Part shown: piece after piece, positions 28,048 to 36,261 of the stretch
Position numbering within the stretch: the stretch's first letter is position 1
Layout of the letters: the number at the start of each line of letters is the position of its first letter
DNA from: a virus
DNA length: 64,000 bases
IMG/VR virus record: IMGVR_UViG_3300033182_000487
Location: 1-64,000 of that record
Strand: one strand, 5' to 3'
Translations under genes and position numbers: made by a program
Notes under the pieces: model-generated
Databases searched by the model: none
Seen by the model: only the letters and a program-made list of their open reading frames with translations
What the model was told of the DNA's origin: nothing

Positions 28048-31034
28048 GACAGACACTCCTCCTCTGCGACGTAGTCCTTGAGCGCGACCCGTTCGATCTT
28101 CGCCGACACCTTGTCAGGGTCTACCCCGGCGGTGGTGCGGAGGTAGTAGAGGCCCTTGAGGCCCTCCTTCCATGCCTTGATGTGGGTCATCAGGACGTAG
28201 TGGCGGTCACTTCCGGCGGGGAAGAACAGGTTCACCGACTGACCCTGGCAGATGAACGGCTGGCGGTCGGCAGCGTGGCCGACGACCCACCGTTGGTCGA
28301 GTTCAAAGGCGGTCTTGTAGACGTCCTTCTCCCACTCGTCGAGACAGTCGAGGTGCTGGACTGACCCTGCGTTCGTCGTGATGCTGGACCAGACGCGCTC
28401 GCGCTCCGTGGGGTCGGTGATCTTCTTCGCCAGGAGACGCTCCAACTCGGGGTTCCGCACCTGGTGTGATCCCGCACGGGTCCGGTGCGTGTAGGCGTTG
28501 GACTTCCAGGGCTCGATGGACGGGCTGATGTTCAACAGGATGCTGCTGTTGGCGTTGGGGGCCACGGCGAGCAGGTGCGAGTTGCGGCGTCCGGTCCCCT
28601 CGCCGTCCAGGTACTCACCCTTCTCGGCGGCCAGGGCCTCCGTCGCAGCCACAGCCTCGGACTGGATGTGCTGGAAGATCTGGAGGTTCACGCCCTTTGC
28701 CAGGGCCGACTCCCAGGGGAGCCTCCTCTGCTGGAGGTAGGCGTGGAAGCCCATCGCTCCCAGACCGAGGCTGCGCTCACGGGTGGCCGAGTAGACGGCC
28801 CGGTGCAGTTCGTCGGGGGCGTGGTCGATGAACACCTGGAGCACGTTGTCGAGCAGCCGGATCAGATCACGCACCATCGGGGTGTCGCGCCACTCGTCGA
28901 ACTTCGCCAGGTTGACGCTGCTGAGACAGCAGACCGCCGTGCGGTCCTCGGACGTGGGGAGGTGGATCTCGTTGCAGTTGTGGGTGACCATCCCGTTGCA
29001 CACGAAGTGATGGTCTTCCGAATCAACATTCACGCAGAACACATCGTCCGTCCCCACGGCTTCGACGGACACGACTTCGGAGACCTTGCGTGAGTTGTTC
29101 CGGTACTTCCGCTTCGGGATCTTGACCCCCTTCCTCGTGAGGAATCCGGTGGCTTCCTCAAAGGCCAACGCATCGGTCTTGTTGCCGATGACGATGCGCC
29201 ATGCGTCCTTCACCTCGTAAGGGGCATGTGACCCCTTCCCGTCAGGAAGCATGACGGTGCCTGACTTACGGTGAAGATAGAGGCTGGCGCTCATGCCGAG
29301 ATTGCGGAGAATCAGAAGGATGTCGGAGAGGAAGTCTTTGTCGATGTTGGTCAGCGACAGGTAGACGGGAGCACCCTTCCCCCCTCCCACATTCACGGTG
29401 CCATCCGCGTAGAACAAGCCTCGGATGTACTGCCATTGAGTCGCTTCATCGGATGACCAGATCCAGTCTGGCACTGAACCCTTCACGAATCCCAACCCCG
29501 ACTTGTGGAATGTGCGGCTGGAAAGGCGGACCTTCCGCACATCAGAGCAACCCGTGTTCTGGTCGCGGAACCTCGCTGGGTCGCGAGGCCGTGACCCAAC
29601 AACATCCCCGGTTCCGTTCCGAACCTCGTAGGTGTCGCACCCGTACTTGTGGTGTACGCGGTCGAACCGTTCCTGAACTTCGGGAATGAGGTCGAAATCA
29701 GGCTCCCACAGGTCGATCATGTGCATGAGGGATGCTTCATGCTGGGTTCCGTCGGCTTGGTACAAGCCGAGCAAGAACGCCTCGTCTTCCATCGAAACCT
29801 GACCGAACAACCCCTTGTTCGTCTGGACATGAACGCGGTCACCGATGACGAGATCATCACACCGGACATCCCCCCTGTCTGTCTTGACCTTGTGGTACTC
29901 CGTGACCGTGTGGGTCATGCCGTTCTTCAGCGTGATCCGAAAGACCGGAGCATCCTGCTCGACCAAGAGCATGGCCGAAGACTTCTGGGGCAGGTTGTTG
30001 TCGAACACGGTCAGATCATCACCTTGTTCGTACAGTTCCCTTGCTGTCAGCAGTCCCCGGTCGGTGACCACCCGCTGATGTCCCGCAACGCAGAGGTTCG
30101 ATCCGTTGATGCGAAGCCCCAAACGCTTCAACGTCTCGGGGAGTGCCCGGTTCGCGGCGTCGATGAAGTTGAGGTAGGGTTCGCCCGTGCGGCTGCGGAC
30201 CTCGATGATCCGCTGGAACAGGTCACGGGCAGGCATCGTGTCGCGGATGCTCCCGTCGGCGGGGTCCACGAGGTTCCATTCCTTGCCCTCGATGCACGCC
30301 TGCATGAAGTCGTCGGTGATGTTCAAGGCGTTGTGGAGATTGAGGCACTTCCGGTTGGGATCACCGCCCGTCGGGAGTCGCATCTGCAAGAACTCCAGGA
30401 TGTCGGGGTGCGAGACGTCGAGGTAGGCCGCGTAGTTGCCCTTCCGCGTCGTGCCTTGTCGGTACGCGGTCATGTCGGCATCGACGGTCTTGAGAAACGG
30501 GATCGGGCCGGGGGACTTGTCCGACACCGAACGCACGGAAGACCAGTGACCTCCGACGCCACCGCCCTTGACCGCACACCACCGGAGTTCCGCCGTGTGG
30601 GAGATCAAGCCCTCCAGGGTGTCCGGGACGTACTGCAAGAAGCAGGAGATGGGCAGCGACTTCCACTTCTCGCCGGGCACGGGAGCGTTGCTCAGGACCG
30701 GGCTGGCGAACATGAACCAGCCCTTGCTGGCGTAGTCGTAGATGCGTTGAGCGAAGCCCGTGTCACCCTCGCAGTAGGCGACGGCGGCACGGGCGAAGGC
30801 TTCCTGTGGGGACTTCTCGTCGGGGCGCATGTAGTACGCCTTGAGGAGGTCCAATGCGAACGGGCTGAGGTCTTCATCTCGGTCCAGAGAGATCTGGATG
30901 CCGTGGCAAGAGGAACGGGGCTGTGATGGGGTCAACGCCTTCTCCTGTCGATCAGTGCTAAGGAGGAGCGATCTCGGAATCTCGTGCCAGGTCGTGTTCA
31001 TTTCGCTGTCAGACAGGGGCACAAGTTCAGCCAT
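28035..31034 (-). CDS. nrdA: Ribonucleotide reductase class Ia alpha subunit with intein
   Basis: FASPVLSN, PISCF, GGGVG, GSNL|CNEI, SLGLG, APNANSS, CQGQS, KGLYYLRT, CLSCQG. Confidence 0.95.
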   Translation of the reverse strand: MAELVPLSDSEMNTTWHEIPRSLLLSTDRQEKALTPSQPRSSCHGIQISLDRDEDLSPFALDLLKAYYMRPDEKSPQEAFARAAVAYCEGDTGFAQRIYDYASKGWFMFASPVLSNAPVPGEKWKSLPISCFLQYVPDTLEGLISHTAELRWCAVKGGGVGGHWSSVRSVSDKSPGPIPFLKTVDADMTAYRQGTTRKGNYAAYLDVSHPDILEFLQMRLPTGGDPNRKCLNLHNALNITDDFMQACIEGKEWNLVDPADGSIRDTMPARDLFQRIIEVRSRTGEPYLNFIDAANRALPETLKRLGLRINGSNLCVAGHQRVVTDRGLLTARELYEQGDDLTVFDNNLPQKSSAMLLVEQDAPVFRITLKNGMTHTVTEYHKVKTDRGDVRCDDLVIGDRVHVQTNKGLFGQVSMEDEAFLLGLYQADGTQHEASLMHMIDLWEPDFDLIPEVQERFDRVHHKYGCDTYEVRNGTGDVVGSRPRDPARFRDQNTGCSDVRKVRLSSRTFHKSGLGFVKGSVPDWIWSSDEATQWQYIRGLFYADGTVNVGGGKGAPVYLSLTNIDKDFLSDILLILRNLGMSASLYLHRKSGTVMLPDGKGSHAPYEVKDAWRIVIGNKTDALAFEEATGFLTRKGVKIPKRKYRNNSRKVSEVVSVEAVGTDDVFCVNVDSEDHHFVCNGMVTHNCNEIHLPTSEDRTAVCCLSSVNLAKFDEWRDTPMVRDLIRLLDNVLQVFIDHAPDELHRAVYSATRERSLGLGAMGFHAYLQQRRLPWESALAKGVNLQIFQHIQSEAVAATEALAAEKGEYLDGEGTGRRNSHLLAVAPNANSSILLNISPSIEPWKSNAYTHRTRAGSHQVRNPELERLLAKKITDPTERERVWSSITTNAGSVQHLDCLDEWEKDVYKTAFELDQRWVVGHAADRQPFICQGQSVNLFFPAGSDRHYVLMTHIKAWKEGLKGLYYLRTTAGVDPDKVSAKIERVALKDYVAEEECLSCQG
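28977..30092 (-). mobile_element. Intein (372 aa) with LAGLIDADG endonuclease, inserted just before the NrdA catalytic Cys
   Basis: CVAGHQRV..., TEYHKV, LGLYQADG, IRGLFYADG, MVTHN|C. Confidence 0.93.
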
Positions 31035-31137
31035 CGTGGGATTCCTCAAAGATTAGTGTTTTTGCTGGCGGCAGGCGGACGAGAGCAGCCATCGAGCCTT
31101 TGATGAAGCCTCTCTGGACCCGCCTCTATAGGGCTGG

Positions 31138-32142
31138 CTATTGACCCCCTACCGAGGAACAACCCCTCAGCAGAGCCGCCTCACATGCTACCCACGGGGC
31201 GGGGATTCCCCGCAGAAGCCCACGGTCCGCATGTGCGAGGTCACGCACCAGCACCACAAGATTTCTTGTGCCCCACTTTTTCGCAGCGGGGATTGTCGTG
31301 CGCTCCGTGACCCAGGCGGGTGACCCCAGCCTGGAGACGATCTGCTCGGTCGAGGTTCCACGCTCCAGGAGCATCGCCGCCTGGAGCCATCGGTAGGCGA
31401 GGTCAGCCGGACCGCCTCGTGCTCGCAGGAGGAGCATCGTGGGGTCAGACGCCGCCTTTCGGTGCATCTTGCTCAGGGCCTTCGCCATCATCTTCGGGTC
31501 GGCAGCGGCCAGCGCGTCCCGGATGGGCTGCATCTCGGCTCCCGCCTTCCCTCGGATCAAGGCTGTGACGTCGGCCACTTCGATCTGGGTGCTCCCGCTC
31601 CGGGAACGGACCAGCGCCGTGACCTTGCCCATCTCGTAGGCGAGGACACCGAGGTCGGTGCCGATGGCCTTGACCATCGCCTTCGCGAGGTTCGTGGAGA
31701 GCGCCTTCTCGTCCCCGGTCAGTCGGTGAGCCTCCATCGCTACGAACTTCCGGGCGCGGGCCTCCTGGTCTTGCCGACGAGCCGGGATGCTGTAGTTGAA
31801 CTGGTGCTTCTTCTTGACCAGTGCGACCGCAGGGTGCTTCTTCTCGCTCACTGAGCCCGGCACCTCCATGACGATGCAGGCTTTGGCGGCCTTGCTGGCG
31901 AGGTGCTCCTTCACGGTCTCAGGATCAACGTGTGCCCCGGCGACCCGGATCATCGTCGGCTGGCCGAACGTCCCTGCCATCGAGAGGGCGTCGATGACCT
32001 CGCCGTCGCTCCCCGCGTCGATGACCTCATAGCCCTCGCGGTACGCGCCGAGGGTCAGGTGCTGCAACCAGCGCCGACGGAGGTAGTGCTCGTCTCCGGT
32101 CACCGCCATCACGGCGGGTGGCTTGTCCCACGAGAGTTTCAC
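31138..32142 (-). CDS. holA: DNA polymerase III delta-like clamp-loader subunit
   Basis: AVTGDEHYLRR, GTDLGVLAYEMGK, IEVADV, DLAHADRGL; GTG start overlaps the upstream stop. Confidence 0.75.
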   Translation of the reverse strand: MKLSWDKPPAVMAVTGDEHYLRRRWLQHLTLGAYREGYEVIDAGSDGEVIDALSMAGTFGQPTMIRVAGAHVDPETVKEHLASKAAKACIVMEVPGSVSEKKHPAVALVKKKHQFNYSIPARRQDQEARARKFVAMEAHRLTGDEKALSTNLAKAMVKAIGTDLGVLAYEMGKVTALVRSRSGSTQIEVADVTALIRGKAGAEMQPIRDALAAADPKMMAKALSKMHRKAASDPTMLLLRARGGPADLAYRWLQAAMLLERGTSTEQIVSRLGSPAWVTERTTIPAAKKWGTRNLVVLVRDLAHADRGLLRGIPAPWVACEAALLRGCSSVGGQ

Positions 32143-32335
32143 GGCTTCCTTCCCACGACGACAGGCTCCCACGACGGCTTGAGCGCGGTGCCCCACCCGT
32201 CCCACTTCTTCCCCATAAACTCAAGGCCAATCAGCCGTAGGGAGGGTCGCAAACGACGCTCCCTACGCTGTCCTCCTTCATGTCTGCGAGAACTGCTACG
32301 CAGTCCCCGTGTCGCAGGATCAACCGCTGAGTCAT
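32139..32335 (-). pseudogene. Miniature DNA methyltransferase fragment interrupted by 8 nt (stop plus frame change)
   Basis: HGDC...SVGSVVCDPPYG, then TGATTGGC, then LEFMGKKWD-GWGTALKPSWEPVVVGRKP. Confidence 0.7.
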
Positions 32336-32949
32336 GCCATCGCCTCCAGCAGAGCCGAGGCCGCACACAGGTGCGACCCCCTCCCGTCCCGGAGAGGGCG
32401 CACGAGTTCCCACACAGCGACCGTCTCCGGGCTGCCCAGATCAGGGTGCTCCTCCGCGATGACCTCGCAGAAGCCCTGGAGCAGAGCAGGCCAGTCGCGC
32501 TGGCTGTTGTAGATGATGTCGAGACAGCCCGGCGCATCCTTCTTCGACCAGGCCGTGTAGAGAGCACGGGCCGCGTCGTCCATGAACGGAGACACCCATC
32601 GGGCATCAGGCGGACACCAGCGTTCCAGAGTCCGGGACCGGATGGTGCCGATGACCCCGCCGTAGAAATCTGCCCACAGGATGATCCTGACCGGACCGTC
32701 CGCGAGGTCTTCCAGGGTCTTCAACAGGGCATCCCCGGCTTCGGGGGTCGCCCGGTCCAACGGACCCACGACCAGCACCGGGGGCTTGTCTCCCACGCCA
32801 GCGTTCCCGGCGAGCCGGACGATCTCACGGGAGTCATCGACCTTGAGGCCGTCGTCGCCAATCGGATCGGCCATCAACCGACCCGAGGCACGAGCGTGCT
32901 TGACTGCTTCGCCTCTCGCACGAGGACCATGGAACAACACAGGGGTCAT
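32332..32949 (-). CDS. holB: DNA polymerase III delta-prime-like subunit
   Basis: LFHGP, LKVDDSRE, ATPEAGDALLKTLED, TIRSRT. Confidence 0.75.
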   Translation of the reverse strand: MTPVLFHGPRARGEAVKHARASGRLMADPIGDDGLKVDDSREIVRLAGNAGVGDKPPVLVVGPLDRATPEAGDALLKTLEDLADGPVRIILWADFYGGVIGTIRSRTLERWCPPDARWVSPFMDDAARALYTAWSKKDAPGCLDIIYNSQRDWPALLQGFCEVIAEEHPDLGSPETVAVWELVRPLRDGRGSHLCAASALLEAMA

Positions 32950-32959
32950 GCACCAGCCC

Positions 32960-33154
32960 TCAGAAGCGCGTGAAGAACCGCTTGTTGCACTTCTTGCAGC
33001 GGTAGTGGATGACGGTGCCTCCTCCCTGATCAGGTGACATAGGGGTCACCATGAGGATCTCGGCCTGGTTTCCATCGCAGAGTTCGCTGGCCCGGCAGTT
33101 GACCCACTGGACATCACCGACCTTCTGCTTCACGCGGTTCGTGAACTTGCTCAC
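32960..33154 (-). CDS. Small zinc-ribbon protein
   Basis: CRASELC...YRCKKC; GGAGG RBS. Confidence 0.6.
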   Translation of the reverse strand: MSKFTNRVKQKVGDVQWVNCRASELCDGNQAEILMVTPMSPDQGGGTVIHYRCKKCNKRFFTRF

Positions 33155-33183
33155 AGGGGCATCCCTCCTTCATGTAGAAGGAG

Positions 33184-33211
33184 TACCCACTGGCAGGCTT
33201 CCCCGACCCCC
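33184..33211 (-). promoter_or_regulatory. Class M (putative middle) promoter motif GGGGGT-N17-GGGTA
   Basis: Exact match, heading the holB/holA operon. Confidence 0.65.
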
Positions 33212-33215
33212 CGTT

Positions 33216-33719
33216 TCAGTAGCCCTGGGAGACAGCCTGAGCCCGGATGATCCCGGACACCGCAGTCAGGTACTCCTCGGTCTGCCACTGGTACAGCCCT
33301 CCGTTCCCAGCCGTGCTGTGGGAGGAGGTGCCGACAACGGTGCCAGTAGCGTACTCGACCTGTCCTCCGCTCTGAGGAACCAGTACGTTCGCGGGCAGGG
33401 TCAGGACATCCCCGGTGGAAGGATCAACCCCAGCCCACCAGTTGGTCCGCAGGTCATCCACAACCGGGACGACCACGTTCTGCCACTGAGTCCAATGGAC
33501 CCAGACAGGTAGCCTGTCCTTCAAGGTGGGCATGGTGTCAGGCAACGTCTCGACTCCCATGATCCCCACCTTCGGAGAGGGGTTGGATCTGTCCGTGCCA
33601 GGGAACACCGCCTTCGCGTATCCCTTGATCAGCAGGAGGATCGGAATGGGGAGGAGATCAGCCAACTCCGTGGCTGTCCTGATCGGGGCAATCCCGTTTC
33701 GATAGTCAGCCCGTGCCAT
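33216..33719 (-). CDS. Hypothetical late/structural protein
   Basis: GGAGG RBS; class L variant CCGTA-N6-CTAT at 33745-33759. Confidence 0.7.
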   Translation of the reverse strand: MARADYRNGIAPIRTATELADLLPIPILLLIKGYAKAVFPGTDRSNPSPKVGIMGVETLPDTMPTLKDRLPVWVHWTQWQNVVVPVVDDLRTNWWAGVDPSTGDVLTLPANVLVPQSGGQVEYATGTVVGTSSHSTAGNGGLYQWQTEEYLTAVSGIIRAQAVSQGY

Positions 33720-34321
33720 GGTTCCTCCTACAGCGAGGAGTCCGATAGACGGACTACGGAGAGGATCACAGGATCACTCGTCGTGGGTGTCGTTGTACTA
33801 CTGCTTGTATGCGTATGGGGTGTCTGGTTCTGGTTGGTGGTTGTCGTGTCATTCATCGTGAGTGTCTTATTCAATCGGTCAACCTACGGTTTCCCTACTC
33901 CTAAGAGAAGGTATAGAGAGCCTTCTCTCGTCCCTCCCCTTGCTTGTCAGTGAGGAGGTTGAGGATGCCGAGGAGGAAGAACCTGACCCTTGCCACGGCT
34001 CGCTTGTGGTCTCCCTGTCTCCCTTCCCAGTTGGGAGAGCAGGTTGGTGAGAAGCACAAGGCCGAGGAGGCTGGTTCCGAAGACCCGCTCCTGTGGGGGA
34101 GGTAGGGTCAACCCTTCGTTAGTTCCGTCGTGGGAAAGAGCATGTGGCTGGGGCTGTTCCTTGACCCTCGGATTTCTCCGATCTGGCACCTACGAACCTC
34201 AAGCGAGCACACGATCTGACGAACCGGCCCATCCTGTCTTCGTAAGTCTCAGACTTACCGCCACGGGTAGTATCTACTCGACGAGGGGGGTTGGAGCAAC
34301 CCCCTTCTTTGAGGAGCCGAT

Positions 34322-34636
34322 GTGTACCACGTTTGGATTGTGACCAGCCGCGATCTCCAGCCGATCCGATTGAGCGAATCCTTCACCGATGAACACGAGG
34401 CCCTTGCATCCTGCTCCCGCATCCTCACCGGCCTCGGCGCGCTGTTCCTGGCTGCCCGGAACGCCGAAAGAAATGGTGGCCTGAGCCTGTTGGTCTACGA
34501 CCCCACCGGGGCGCTTCCTGTGGCTGCTCTGGTGGACGGGGCTGTGCTTGCGGAGGAGGGTCGTCCCCTCTCGCCTCACGAGACGACGGAGACGGTGGTG
34601 CCCCTGCTGTCTGGACCTGGGGCCGAGGTCAACTGA
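34322..34636 (+). CDS. Hypothetical protein
   Basis: GAGGAG RBS. Confidence 0.55.
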   Translation: MYHVWIVTSRDLQPIRLSESFTDEHEALASCSRILTGLGALFLAARNAERNGGLSLLVYDPTGALPVAALVDGAVLAEEGRPLSPHETTETVVPLLSGPGAEVN

Positions 34637-34637
34637 C

Positions 34638-35984
34638 CTACTCCTCGTCGAGGGCGTAGGTGTCACCCCAGCCAGCCTTCACGAGGCTGTGGCTCTCCAG
34701 GTAGGCCAGCAGTCGGTTCCAGCGGGGCTCGTCCACCACGGTGCCGCTCTCGTCCCGGAGGTGGTCCTTGATCTCCCCCTTGGTGGACCAGGGCTCTGCC
34801 CGGAGCAGGGCGAGGGTGGCCTCGACGTCGTCACGGGTCGTTGCTCCCTCACGGAGGGCAGCGCGGATCTTGCTCTTGAGGGTGGTCGCCCGACCCTCGG
34901 AGCACTCGACCCCTTGGATGCGGGTGTCGAGGACGCGGATCTCCTCGGTCTCGGCACCCTCCATGAGGGCGTCGTACACCGCCGTGTACCGCTCGACGGC
35001 ACCCCGGTACGCCGCCTTGATGATCTCCCGACCCTCGGCGACCATGTGGTCCCACTCCTGAGCATCGCCCAGAGCGTCCTCGGGGGTGGGGGCGTCGTCC
35101 ACGATGACGTGGCTCCACTCCTGCTCGTCATCCCCACGCTGCCAGACGACGCGGGGGTCGCCTGCCACGAGGCTCTCGGGGGCGACGTAGTCGTCGGAGC
35201 CCAACTCCACCCGCTTGTTGATCTCGTGCTGGGTGCGGGCACCGCGCTGGCGGGCCAGTGCGTCCTGTGCGGTCTTGTAGGTCGTGGAGGTGCGCTTGCG
35301 CTCGACGGCGCGGACCAGCCACGAAAAGGGCACCGTGCCCTTTTCCTCAAGGATGGTATCGAACGTGCCCTTGTTGCCCCAGACGGCGAGCCACTCGCCC
35401 ACGTCGGAGCAGATGTCGTCGAAGTCTGTGGCCTTGTCGCGCTTCGCGAGCACGGCGGCGATGCGCTTGATCAGACCGCTCTCGTTGCACTGGCGGTCGA
35501 GCCAGATGCGGGACGCGGTGAGGGGTGCAGGAGCGGGAGCAGGGGCAGGAGCCTCCTCGACCTCCACGGTCTCCTCGACGGGAGCCTCGGGGGCCTCCTC
35601 GACCTCGACAGGGGCCTCCTCCACGACAGGCGCAGGAGCGGGAGCCGCCTCGACGGAGGCAGGGGGGACGTAGTCGGTGGGCAGGGCAGTGGCGACCACA
35701 TCCCGGTCACCCTCGCGGAGGGTGAGCATCAGGGCCTCGGGCTGACCCCGGAGGGCAGCGAGGAGGTCGGTGGCGAAGCGGGTCTGAGCACCCGCCCCCC
35801 TGTAGCCATTTTGGAGCACGAGGTCGCGGCGCACGATGCTGCGCTTGCGGCCCTGCTCCTCGGCAGTAGCGGTGATCCAGAGCGACACCTGGGACTCGAC
35901 CGAGGTGACATCCTCGGGAGTGTCGGTGAACGACGCGATCAGGTTGACGAGCAGGGAGAGACGACGAGGGGTCTTGGTAGGCAT
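34638..35984 (-). CDS. Divergent sigma70-family-like protein with acidic Ala/Pro N-terminal extension
   Basis: Region 2-like DFDDICSDV...PFSWLVRAVERK; DDAPTPEDAL; region 4-like LMEGAETEEI...CSEGRATTLKSKIRAALR. Confidence 0.55.
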   Translation of the reverse strand: MPTKTPRRLSLLVNLIASFTDTPEDVTSVESQVSLWITATAEEQGRKRSIVRRDLVLQNGYRGAGAQTRFATDLLAALRGQPEALMLTLREGDRDVVATALPTDYVPPASVEAAPAPAPVVEEAPVEVEEAPEAPVEETVEVEEAPAPAPAPAPLTASRIWLDRQCNESGLIKRIAAVLAKRDKATDFDDICSDVGEWLAVWGNKGTFDTILEEKGTVPFSWLVRAVERKRTSTTYKTAQDALARQRGARTQHEINKRVELGSDDYVAPESLVAGDPRVVWQRGDDEQEWSHVIVDDAPTPEDALGDAQEWDHMVAEGREIIKAAYRGAVERYTAVYDALMEGAETEEIRVLDTRIQGVECSEGRATTLKSKIRAALREGATTRDDVEATLALLRAEPWSTKGEIKDHLRDESGTVVDEPRWNRLLAYLESHSLVKAGWGDTYALDEE

Positions 35985-36089
35985 AGCGATCCTGGGTTTG
36001 CCAGCAGGGCTGGACAGCGATGGGTGAGGTTGTCAGTCAGGACAGGGCGACAGTGCAGCAAGGTGCGGGTCTTTGGTCGTGACCCCATG

Positions 36090-36118
36090 GTTGTACCATG
36101 GGAGGGCTACCGGGTCAA
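36090..36118 (-). promoter_or_regulatory. Host sigma70-type promoter
   Basis: TTGACC-N17-TACAAC upstream of 35984. Confidence 0.55.
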
Positions 36119-36179
36119 CTCGATTTCTCCACAAAGTGTCCACATTCCCCCACCAACCCGGCTGTGGTACACGGTGCCT

Positions 36180-36229
36180 CGGTAGGCTCTCTATGCGCCG
36201 CTCAGGGTGAGGCTCGGTACTCTCTCTAT
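36180..36229 (+). promoter_or_regulatory. Two tandem class L promoter motifs
   Basis: CGGTAggctctCTAT (36180) and CGGTActctctCTAT (36215). Confidence 0.7.
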
Positions 36230-36261
36230 GGGCACCGTCCAGCAAGACCTTCGGAGACACC

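Noticed and set aside
33780-34260. Protein-coding genes in this interval
   Set aside because: Only short ORFs with atypical composition and no RBS; left unannotated.
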